Shown here in pieces: positions 52,648-64,000 of a stretch of 64,000 nucleotides of DNA (its first letter is position 1; every line of letters starts with the position of its first letter). The DNA lies in NCBI RefSeq assembly GCF_006345805.1, contig NC_043009.1, positions 3,844,001 to 3,908,000 of the forward strand, written 5' to 3'. The DNA is from Octopus sinensis (taxonomy: Eukaryota). Made by a program: the position numbers and the translations under genes. The notes beneath the pieces were generated by a model. That model did not search any database and had not been told where the DNA came from. It worked only from the letters and a program-made list of their open reading frames with translations.

Positions 52648-55181
52648 GCAAGTTAATTCAACTCGTGGCTGAGAATATTTCCTCATTTCACTAAGTGTAT
52701 GCTTACTTCCCAAGAGTCCAAGAAGTTCTTGTATTTGAAATTGTTTTGCATGGTCAAACTGTTGCAAAGCACTGAACTCATATTTCAGTAAAATCAGATA
52801 CAGGAAAAGTGGGACAACTGAAGTTGAGATTACCTACATACGGACTTCAGTTTCTTTTACAAGTTAGCCTTCTCGTAGTTGCAACGAGAATTATGTTCCT
52901 TCAGTCCCAGTGATTCTCATGTTAATTAATCTAAAGCTGGGTCTTTAACAGGTGGCACAAAAATTAGGGAAGAACAGAAGCCAAAGAGATGGTTTTACAT
53001 GATACAAAACGCCGGAACATTTGTGCCAAATTTCCTCTACCGGATGTCGATGATTTATACAAGCCCGCACACAAACGCGCGCGCGCACACACCACACACA
53101 CACACACCACACACACACAATGTCTCTCTCACACACGTATATAATATCGTGTTAGAAATATATTTTTAACATTTGATATAGAGAATTTAGCTTCTTGTGA
53201 ACATGTGGAAAGACTATCATTTTTCCTAATCAGATACTGTTAAGTGGAGTTAGTATTTAATGCTTTTCAGTTAAGCGTAAATTAGTTCCACTGTCACTTC
53301 TTTTGTATCCTTCTGCTTTTCCATCTATAAGTAATTTTATTCTTATACAATCTACTATATGTTTTGTTATACTGGTGTGGAGTTATTGTATTCACTACAT
53401 TTTACTGCATTTTTATTGCATTTGAACGAATGAATATGTTCTGCAGATAGTGTTTTGAAGGTGTTTCCTGTTAAACAGATATATAACATTTCAATTTTAT
53501 GCGTGGAATTAGTTCTGGACATTAGAACCATAGAGCAATATTTTTTGCTGTAGCGGAAATAAGTTTTTCGTCTTATAAGTAGAGAATGACCAAAGCCACT
53601 ACTTTATGGTCTGATGACCCCGTTTAAACACGGGTTCTCTGCCCAGCTGCTGGTACCACGCTTTGTAATGTTACTGATTACCAGCTATAGGTGAATAGCC
53701 TCGCAACCTTCCGGAATAAATTGTTGGAAGTAATCATTATATATCGGAGTGAAGCCTCAACTCTGTACTACTGTTTTTCTTTGAAATTACTTTGTGCTAC
53801 TCAAAAGTAGTGTGAAACAAATTCTTTTTTTTTCCTTCATATTTCCTTATCTGTTACTTGATTTGATACACGTCGACTAATGTAGTCTGCGGCGTGAATA
53901 GGTTGGTGAAAACCTTATTACAGTACATTTTTTTTTTTAGATTTAGCTCAGATTTTGTTTTGTATAATTTTAGAGTTATACGTAGATAATCGATAAAGTT
54001 GGCTTGCTGAATATTATGAGTTTAGGATATTTTTTATCGATACCTATTTATTATCAGCTATATGTACTAAGGTATTTCAAACGAAGAAATAATCTTCATC
54101 AATAACACACCAACTCGGGATGTGATTCATGGATGAGTGATTAAATTTCTTCCTGTGCAGTCATTTGGAAACTTCCGTCTTACATAATGAAGGCACATTT
54201 AGATGTAGATATTAGAATAAGCTTTTCGATTTTGATACAATTCAGCCAGTTTCTTACTGTAATTTTGTTTTTCAAAGGTAGTCTATTTTATCAATAACAC
54301 TGTTCACTTCTCTATCTCGAGATAAATTAAATCTAACCCCTTTAAATTTTCCGAGAAATCATGTATATCATGAAACTTTCAATAGAAATTTAGTCAAAAG
54401 ATGCTATTCTTGCTGCAAAATTTCTACAAGCCTCATATTTTAAAGTCAGATATGTTTCTATTAGATGTAACTACCACCAAATTACTTCTCTATCAGTAAT
54501 TGTCTTATGAAATATTTAATATTTTGTTTCAAAGTGCTGCGAGCTGACAACACTGTTGTAAGTTTTGATTTTAATAACACATTATTTCAATTAACAAAGT
54601 GAAAAAATCAATTTTCCACAAGCATTCCCAGGTATATTTGGTTTCAAAAGAAACAAGAATCGCAGCATTTATAATTCAATGTTGAATACACAACGGCGCC
54701 ACCGCATCTGTCAATGATAGTTTTCTGACGACTTTACGTTACAGAATTTGCTTAAGTGACAAATTATTATTTTTATTTTAACGTAATAATAGAAGTGTTT
54801 GGTCATTAATGACTGGGTTGCAACTATTCTCTTTGCAATTATGTGCTTCCAAACTACTTATTCAAACACGAAGATCTATTACATACCTTTCAAAATTCAG
54901 AAAATTCGGAAATTCAAATGATGTTTATTTTTGTGAATCTGAAGGCAATGTAATCTTATACAGCATATACTAAAATATACAAATATATGTAGCATATATA
55001 AAATACACTTAATGATCTTGAGGTGTTTCCCTTCCACTACTAAAAGTGTTACATACACACGCAATGTTCAACTTCTTCATTACTTTACATTTCTATATAT
55101 CTAACTTTCGATATACACTTATACATACATACACATATATATATATATAATTAACTAAAATAAAATATACGTCTACGTGTG

Positions 55182-55187
<6 letters not shown>

Positions 55188-55215
<28 letters not shown>

Positions 55216-55232
55216 AATAATAATAATAATAA

Positions 55233-55263
<31 letters not shown>

Positions 55264-55392
55264 AAGAAAAAGAAGAAGAAGAAGAAGAAGAAGAAGAAGA
55301 AGAAGAAGAAGAAGAAGAAGAAGAAGAAGAAGAAGAAGAAGAAAGAAGAGAAGAGAAGAAGAAGAAGAAGAAGAGAATATTAATAGTAGTAA

Positions 55393-55455
<63 letters not shown>
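55188..55455. repeat. (AAT)n-(AAG)n-(AAT)n compound microsatellite
   Basis: Read directly from the sequence. Confidence 0.95.
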
Positions 55456-55456
55456 T

Positions 55457-55725
55457 TGAGGGAATATTATTCCTAACTTACAGGGAAAATTTCAATTCAG
55501 AAAAACTAAATTAAATTTCACGAAATATAATATAAATGGAAAAGAAATGATGGTAAATTATTTTTAAAATCGTAGACTCATCGTCGACGCGCGATAATAC
55601 ACAGTAGGGCTCGATATGAATCACGACTATAAGATACCCGGTTAAACTGCACCGCAAAATGTGGGAGTTGTTAGGAATCTATATCGTAGGAGACAGACAC
55701 ACAACTTCTCTTTTATATATAAAGA
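55457..55725 (-). mobile_element. Putative non-autonomous Helitron 5' portion
   Basis: Minus strand begins A|TCTTTATATATAAAAG then TTGTGTGTCTGTC; no CTRR 3' end found. Confidence 0.45.
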
Positions 55726-56173
55726 TATATAAAAATTAGAATATATATATATATATATATAATACTAAATATTCATTAAGTGAAAACTAAATACAATACT
55801 TAAATTATACAATACTTTAAAATTAATTACTATACACAATGCTAGTACAAGCCATTAATATTGTAATCAAAATCAGAAATGGTTCAAATATAGACAAACT
55901 TATTAAATAAACTAAGTATATAATTATATAATTAATACATAATTGTAGTTTCTATAGATTTAATATATCACTCAATAATATAGTTGACCAAATATCAATT
56001 AATATAAAACCTAATTTACTTAAATTTAATACTACTTAATGAATATACCACCTAATTATTAAGTAATATATTGTAAAACAAAAATTAGATATCAAATTAA
56101 ATTAAATGTAATACGTTAGATCCATTTATAAAAATGATAATAAATCATTCTAAATATATAGATACGATAATTA

Positions 56174-56230
56174 ATAACTATCATTACTTATAACTATCAT
56201 TACTTATAACTATCATTACTTATAACTATC
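56174..56230. repeat. 16-bp minisatellite ATAACTATCATTACTT, 3.5 copies
   Basis: Perfect tandem copies. Confidence 0.9.
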
Positions 56231-56719
56231 AAAATATATAAAAATGATATAATGGCGAAAATCATTTATTAATGAAAAGTAAGAAACATTTAAGTCCCAT
56301 AAATTAAAGAAAGGTGCAAAAAATATTAGAACAAATGAACAATACACTATGAAGACATTCAACTACGACCGACAGTCCACTACAAATCCAGTCAATAACA
56401 ATAAGGATAATAACAACAACAATCAAACTCAATATAATACAAGATCGAAATAATATTGATGAACAAACAATGTTTGTTTAACAATTAAATTAATCATTAG
56501 ATGAAACCACCTTTGTTGTCAGGAAGATTTTACATTTGAGAATGGAGTTTAACATACATACATGCACAAATATGCATGTATGTACGTATGTATGTATGTA
56601 TGTATGTATGTATGTATGTATGTATATGTACTTTTGTTTTTTACATACGTGATCCAGTCATTAGACTGCGGTATACTGGGGCACAGCCTTGAAGAATATA
56701 CATATAAAGATGTATATAT

Positions 56720-57132
56720 AGGAGTGGCTGTGTGGTAAGTAGCTTGCTTACCAACCACATGGTTCCGGGTTCAGTCCCACTGCGTGGCATCTTGGGCAAG
56801 TGTCTTCTGCTATAGCCTCGGGCCGACCGAAGCCTTGTGAGTGGATTTGGTAGACGGAAACTGAAAGAAGCCTGTCGTATATATGTATATATATATATGT
56901 ATGTGTGTGTGTTTGTGTGTCTGTGTTTGTCCCCCTAGCATTGCTTGACAATCGATGCTGGTGTGTTTACATCCCCGTTACTTAGCGGTTCGGCAAAAGA
57001 GACCGATAGAATAAGTACTAGGCTTACAAAAGAATAAGTCCCGGGATCGAGTTGCTCGATTAAAGGCGGTGCTCCAGCATGGCCGCAGTCAAATGACTGA
57101 AACAAGTACAGAGTAAAAAGAGAGTAAAAGAG
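56720..57132 (+). mobile_element. SINE family A, full length
   Basis: GGAGTGGCTGTGTGGTAAG..GGGTTCAGTCCC head; GACTGAAACAAGT tail with AAAAGAG repeats. Confidence 0.9.
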
Positions 57133-57188
57133 TATATATATATATATATATAATATATATAATATATATATACATACATATATATATA

Positions 57189-57230
<42 letters not shown>

Positions 57231-57260
57231 ATATATATATATATATGTATGTATACATAT

Positions 57261-57465
57261 GGAGCGCGCGTGGCTTAGTGGTTAGGATGTCAGCAGCATC
57301 ATGATTGTAAGATTGTGGTTTCGATTCCTGGACCGGGCGACGATTTATGTTCTTGAGCAAAACACTTCATTTCACGTTGCTCCAGTCCACTCACCTGGCA
57401 GAAATGAGTAATGCTGGGATGGATTGTCGTCCCGTCCAGCTGGGGAACACACACGCCATTGGGTA
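57261..57465 (+). mobile_element. tRNA-derived SINE, family D
   Basis: TGGCTTAGTGG A box, GTTTCGATTCC B box, TGTTCTTGAGCAAAACACTTCA block. Confidence 0.75.
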
Positions 57466-58039
57466 TTTAAAAGGGTGCATTTATTTATTATTTTATACAT
57501 ATACATATATATGTGTGTTTATGTGTGAGCGTGTGCGCGTATAGACACACACATATGTACGGTGTGTGTGCGTATCAGTGGAGCGAAAGAAGAGAGAGAG
57601 AGGGAGTGGGAAAGAGAGAGATTGCGTAATATGTAGACAAATGAGAAATGCATATATCAATACAGGAAGACGGTGATTCTAAGAGCATGCAAACATACAT
57701 ACATACACATACAGGCACACATACATACACACGTACACCCATACGTTCTCATACCTATACAGATATAAACGTGCACACATACATTCACATATGCTTACGT
57801 TGATACAAAGGTATAAGACACGCGTATGGACGCACCCAAAATTTGCCATGTACATATATATCATCGCTGCATACATAGCACATTGTCATCAAAAAATACA
57901 GAACGACCAAAAGGTTTAGCATTATTCTACCTGTGTAAATATTTGTAAATAAATCACGTTCTTTTTTCTTTTATCATATTCTAATTTTATTTCCCCACCT
58001 GCTATTTTTCTTATCACTTTTATTACTAGCGAGATTGTC

Positions 58040-58136
58040 AACATTATTATTGTTTTACTATTGTTGTTTTTGTTGTTATCGCATTATTATCATCATCTTC
58101 AGTAGTATCATCATCATTATTATTATTATTATTCTA

Positions 58137-58185
<49 letters not shown>

Positions 58186-58382
58186 GTTATTCTTATTATT
58201 ATTATCATTATTCTTCTACTGTTATTATTATTATTACTACTACTATTACTATCATTATTATTATTATGACTATTATTATTATAACTATTTTTATTAATAT
58301 TATTATTATCATTATTATTATTATATTATTATTATTATTAATTATATTATTATTATTGTTAGTATTATATTAGGATTATATA

Positions 58383-58419
<37 letters not shown>

Positions 58420-58505
58420 TATTATATTATTATTATTATTATTTTTACTATTATTATCATCATCATCACCATCATTATTATTATAATTATTATTATATTT
58501 TATTA

Positions 58506-58552
<47 letters not shown>

Positions 58553-58576
58553 CATAATTATTATCATTTTTATTAT
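58040..58576. repeat. Interrupted (ATT)n microsatellite
   Basis: Read directly from the sequence. Confidence 0.95.
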
Positions 58577-59251
58577 AGCCAATCGTTCCTACCTGATCGT
58601 GTTCTCTTAGAATCTATCCTTCTGATTCCATCGAAATGTATAATTGGACAAAGAAATACATGTGTGTATGTATGTGTGTGTTTATAAGCATATGCATAAA
58701 TAGATGTATGTATGTATGTGTGGATAAATCTAAGCATATGTATGTATATATAAATGTATAAATAAATAAATAGATTAAAAAATATAAATAAATAAGTAAA
58801 TAAATCGAATCGATATGCCGCTTATAAAGCTAGTCAAAGAAAGATTTATCTTCGTTTTCCACAACGACAAGTCGGAATAAAAACATAGATTAAAGACATA
58901 AAGTAAACATATAAATAAAGCAAATGATGAGAGAAAGCGTATTTCAACGGCGGACTCTGGATTTTTAAAACTATTTTACAACATATTCTGCTTAGATGTT
59001 GTTGTTGTTGTTGTTTTTTATTCAGCTTTCAATGTGTGCGCGCGCAACACACTCTTATTTTCCACTCACGCACGCATACGTGCACACACATGCTAAGCCA
59101 CACACAAAGGCGTATGTGTATGTATGTATGTATATCTTATATATAATATATATATATATATATAATATATATATATATATATTATATATATGTACATCCA
59201 TTTATATATATATATGCATACACACAGACGCAGATATATATATCAGAGGTG

Positions 59252-59281
<30 letters not shown>

Positions 59282-59292
<11 letters not shown>

Positions 59293-59561
59293 CATATATA
59301 TATATACATATACATACATATATACATACATGCATGCATACATACATGCATACATACATACATGCATACATACGTTCATACATGTATACGTACATACATG
59401 CATACATACATATATACATACATACATACATATATACATACATGCATGAATACATACATGCATGCATACATACATGCATACATACATATAAACATACATA
59501 CATACATACATACATACATACATACATGCATGCATGCATACATACATACATACATACTACA

Positions 59562-59592
<31 letters not shown>
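59282..59592. repeat. (CATA)n/(CATG) microsatellite
   Basis: Read directly from the sequence. Confidence 0.95.
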
Positions 59593-59593
<1 letters not shown>

Positions 59594-59888
59594 CGTGTCT
59601 AGGATACAGAAACACAATACACAAGCAATGCATACAAGAATATATACACACACACACACATATACACAAATACGCGCGAGTGTGTTGTGTGTGCGAGTGT
59701 GTCAAGTGTATGTGCGTGGATGTGTTTGTATGTATTTGTCATTGTGTTTCTTTTGCTTAGTGATTGACTTCTATTGCTGTGGTTTTATATATTCTATTTT
59801 GTATTATTTACTATGTTTGCGGAAGCCAATATTTTAGACGGGGATAGAAGCGACAATTCCAAATTAATGCATTTCTCAATCTAGCCCC

Positions 59889-59919
<31 letters not shown>

Positions 59920-59932
59920 TATCTATCCATTT

Positions 59933-59993
<61 letters not shown>

Positions 59994-60369
59994 TATATAT
60001 ATATCTGTCTTTTTATGTTTCTTTCACTCACTCCCCTTGACTCTCTCTAACCCTCTGTTTATCTCACTATATCACCATCTCACATCTGACTCTGTCTTTT
60101 TCTCTGCCTGTATTTCTCCCTCTCTCTCCCTCTCTCTCTCCCTTGCCCTCTGTTCATTTCTCTCCTCTCCCACACTCACTCTCAATCTGCCACTCATATT
60201 GGTTTTGATTATACACTTCACTATTCCATTAATAGATATCTATCTATCTATATTTGTCTCTCTGTCTGTTTGTCTGTCTATCTATCTATCTATCCATCTA
60301 TCTTTTTTATTTATATCTCTCTCTCTACCTGTCTGCGTACCTATCTAGCTCTATTTATATTAATATATG

Positions 60370-60405
<36 letters not shown>

Positions 60406-60518
60406 TAAAGTGACTGACCGGGAAAGAGATACATACACGTGTATACAGGCATTCATTCATAATACACGCGCATAAATATATATATATGTATATGCATATA
60501 TATATGTATATGTATGTG

Positions 60519-60560
<42 letters not shown>

Positions 60561-60932
60561 TATACGCATATATGCGTGTATGTGTGTACATGTGTGAGTT
60601 TGAGTATCGATAGTTTGTTTGAGTGAGTGTGTATGCATAGATATAATGATACCAATTGCAGATTCACAAACGAACATCTACACAAGCTATTACACAGAAA
60701 TTCTCGCAGGTTGTTCAAAGCGTACAAATATATATGGCGCGACATGAAATGAAATGAAATAAATGGAATACATCAGGGTATATTTTCATATCTTTTATCT
60801 GGATTATTCTAATTGTTTTCATCAGTGTCCATTCGCTTCTTATTTTATACTTCTCCGAAGATTCTGCTCTGTCTTTTTCTTCTCATGTATGTGAGAAATT
60901 TTTAGCATACTACATACATATTTATATATTAT

Positions 60933-61020
<88 letters not shown>

Positions 61021-61124
61021 GTACCTCCTGTGTTTGTGAAACTGTTGTATCTCTGCCGTAAGGCTTCATTTTCACACGCACCAGATTAATTCAATTCGTC
61101 CTTAGTCGAAAGACACCTGTTGTT

Positions 61125-61430
61125 GTGTCCTGTTATTATTTTTATTGTATTTTTATTGTACTTATATTTGTGTAACGTTATCCGTTCTTTCCATCCTTGT
61201 TTTTGTATACATTCGCTGCTTTCTTCCAATAAATCTAATGTTCTCGGAGCAATCTTAAGACTAATCAGCCGAAATTGTGAGGATAATCTGGTGCTTGACA
61301 GAAGAAAGAAAACTTCGAATGACCCGTTCTTGTTTTCTTTGTATCGTCTACGTGGATGTTTTGTTGTCCCATTTTGTATCACCTAGCTGTCCGGATGTTT
61401 TCCATTTTATTGTCCCATTTTGTATTATAT
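61125..61430 (+). mobile_element. PLE-like terminal repeat (family of 32290-32590)
   Basis: GGAGCAATCT..AATCAGCCGAAATTG.GAGGAT..CTTCGAATGACCCGT..TTGTCCCATTTTGTAT shared. Confidence 0.55.
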
Positions 61431-61471
61431 ATATATATAAATTAGTGTACATTTAAAATGTTTTGGCTTAT

Positions 61472-61540
61472 CCGCTGATGAGAACGTCGCCTTGCAAGTT
61501 ATTTTTAATTGCCAATTAAAATTTGAAACCTAAGGTCCGG
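61472..61540 (+). ncRNA. Degenerate hammerhead candidate
   Basis: CCG-CTGATGA-(43 nt including the TTTTAATTG/CAATTAAAA hairpin)-GAAA-CC-TAA-GGTC-CGG; stem II base is weak. Confidence 0.35.
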
Positions 61541-61743
61541 CTTCGAAATTTCTCTTAACTGTGGTTTGGACTTTTCGACTGTTCTTTCTAGTATGTGAGG
61601 TAACCTGTTAAGGCTTACCTCTATTTGTGTTTAAATGTAAACGAAATTTTATATGAAAAATATATCGACTTGGTAGAAAAATATGTCTATTGACTGGTAG
61701 AAAAGTTTTATAATTTTCTCTACCCTATATTAATTTTAACAAG

Positions 61744-61820
<77 letters not shown>

Positions 61821-61839
61821 GAGATTTACATATATAAAC

Positions 61840-61883
<44 letters not shown>

Positions 61884-62090
61884 ATAATAAATCTCTAAGC
61901 GAGGTAAACCGTAACTGCTCTGTAATATAAGGGGACCCAGCCATCTGAATGTGGCTAGGGACAGGGCGGGGTGGTGGGGGTGTTACTGGTGCATTTAGCC
62001 CCAGGCGACTATAGACGTCACCAGGAGAGCCGACATCATCACGGTGTCCTTGCTAGCCTGTAAAGGGAGATCAGCCTCCCCGAAGATACG

Positions 62091-62149
62091 GATGCTACAC
62101 ACGGACCGGTTTCGAGGTGGTCGCCTCTCGTCAGCGCATGGCAAGCACC
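62091..62149 (-). ncRNA. Canonical type I hammerhead ribozyme, GUC triplet, extended stem I
   Basis: GGTGCT-TGC-CATGCG-CTGACGA-GAGG-CGACCA-CCTC-GAAA-CCGG-TC-CGTGTG-T-AGCATC; cleavage predicted between 62104 and 62103. Confidence 0.85.
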
Positions 62150-62616
62150 GTTCTTCGTTGAGGGACTTCCTCCACAGGCTAGAAATATATAGGTTTTCAC
62201 TGTAAACACAGTCACTGGCGTCGAAAATCTGTTCGATAACAATAATAAATCTCTAAGCGAGGTATAAACAGGGGAGAAGGGGTTAGAAGGAAAGGGTAGA
62301 AGAGGAGGGCGAAGGGGGAGAAGGAAGGAGCTATGGACCAAAAGGTTTCGAAGGTTATAGTGTCGTTTGAAAGAGGGGTGGGGTCGGTTAGGGAAGAGGA
62401 TGGGAGAGAAGGGGGAGATGGAAGGAGAGGAGAAGAGGAGGGGAGAGGAGGAGGGAGGATAGAGGGAGAGGGAGAGAGAGAGAAGGGGAGTGAGGGAGCA
62501 GAGAGAAAGAGGGAAGGGGAAGAGGGAGGAAGGAGGGAGGGAGAAAGAGGGAAGAAGGGAAGAGGAGTAAGGGTGAAAGGATGACGGACTGAAGAGAAGT
62601 AGGGTCGGGGGGGAGG

Positions 62617-63342
62617 TTAGATGAGGAGGGGGGAGAGGGGGTTAGATGATGAGGGGGGAGAGTTGAGACCAAATGGCGTATAAGAGCGAAGGGAATCCGG
62701 ATTGCCTCTGTGTAAGGACAAACCGAACACAGACAGGTGTTGCAAGGAGTGACCGGTGGAGCGGAAATGGCGTGAGACCGGTGTGTCGTTCGCAAGGCGG
62801 ATGTCACGGAGGTGTTCCGCGAACCGGTCAACCAAGCGGCGTCCCGTTTGTCCGATGTACAGGGAATGGCAGAGAGAGCAAGAGACGCAATAGATAATAT
62901 TTCTGGAGGTGCAGGTGAAGGAGTTGATGATGCGATAGGATCGATGATGGGTGCCAGCGAGGAGGGTGGTGTTGGAGAGGTAAGGGCAAGTGCGGCAACG
63001 TGGGCGGGAGCAGGGGAACGAGCCAGGTTGGGAGGTAGGGTCAGGGAAGGCTAGCTGGACCAAAAGGTCTCGAGGTTATGGTGTCGTTTGAAAGAGGGGA
63101 GGGGGGCGGTTAGGGAAGAGGTGTGAAGTGGACGGGTCGGACTGGAGATGACGGAAAGCTCGAAGAATGGTGCGTTGGCGAGGTAGGGTCGTGGGGTGGT
63201 AAGTGAGGGGTAAAGGGAGGCGGGAGACTGCAGGGCGGGTTCGGGGAGAGAGAGCAGATACACGCTCCACGGAACGTGCTCTGGCAAGGGCGGTGTGGAT
63301 AGTGGTGAGGGGGTATCCACGTAGGATGAAGTGGTGAGCCAT
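62617..63342 (-). pseudogene. PLE C-terminal ORF remnant (zinc knuckle plus GIY-YIG), frameshifted
   Basis: ORF-track entries 63076-63342 and 62617-63063. Confidence 0.9.
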
Positions 63343-64000
63343 ACGTTGAGACTGAGTCTCAAAATCCTGGTCGTCATATACATATATAGTTATGTATATA
63401 ATATGTAATTACATGCATAGCCACACACGCATGCTTAGGCGCACGCGCATCAGTACGTGTTTTTAGTTGTTGAGGCTCTGGGAGATAATTTTTCTTAATT
63501 ATTCATACATGCTACTACCTCGGATTTCATACACTAAATATGTATATGCGTGGAATTGCTTATATATTTGTAGGTTTAACATAATCTTGTTTGATTCTGC
63601 TTCATTCGTTAGCATTCTGTCATTCGCTGAAGAGTTCTATATGCGAGGTTTTCATTTTCCTACAGAGTTTGACTGGATTTTTTCTCCCTTAACTCTCGTA
63701 CTATTTAGTTGTATGTTTTGCTTAACAACTCTTTGTTCCATTGTCCATGATATTTGTATTATTAGATATACAGTTTTTGTTTAGAAACGTTCAGTATTTT
63801 TATTTAATTTTTCTAGTTTTACTCGAATACTGTCTTTCATTTATTCGTATATTTAACACCATCGAATTCTTCCGGGTCAAAGCACACGCACACCTACACA
63901 TATGTATCTCTCTCTCTCTATATATATATATATATGTGTGTATGTATATACATATATATGTATGTATATACCTATATATATATACATATATATATATATA

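Larger units (their letters stand above)
61886..63378 (-). mobile_element. 5'-truncated Penelope-like element (Neptune-like): RT thumb, GIY-YIG endonuclease, purine-rich spacer, terminal repeat
   Basis: MAHHFILRGYP..LPLTYHP; PCSRPRCRTCPYL..FTCTSRNIIYCVSCSLCHSLYIGQTGRRLVDRFAEH..HF..PFGLN. Confidence 0.92.

Noticed and set aside
53610-53640. CTGATGA followed by a CCCG/CGGG hairpin
   Set aside because: No GAAA or cleavage triplet follows; no box D partner for a snoRNA
63626-63660. CTGAAGA in a T-rich repeat-like region
   Set aside because: No stem II or GAAA

Overview
Eukaryotic, very AT-rich DNA saturated with microsatellites and transposable elements. The SINE families and repeat landscape look like an octopod cephalopod genome (inference from recognition, not a database hit). 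I found no host protein-coding gene, rRNA, true tRNA or CRISPR array that I can support; most ORF-track entries are microsatellite translations. The window is a transposon graveyard. It holds Penelope-like retroelements (PLEs: two Neptune-like RT/GIY-YIG copies, one older YRDD-type RT relic, several terminal-repeat fragments), a decayed Helitron, a 1.2-kb Tc1/mariner (maT-like) element, a mariner MITE, RTE/CR1 LINE relics and at least four tRNA-derived SINE families. The main hidden signal is a set of type I hammerhead ribozyme (HHR) motifs, folded by hand, in at least five unrelated terminal-repeat families. These include a canonical GUC motif (62091-62149), a U3-A8 covariant core present twice (6415-6454, 10373-10412), a tRNA-head/AAT/HHR composite (519-2520) and an ORF-less HHR element bounded by inverted repeats (18643-19483). 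No ribozyme activity has been tested. Coordinates of degraded elements are approximate.
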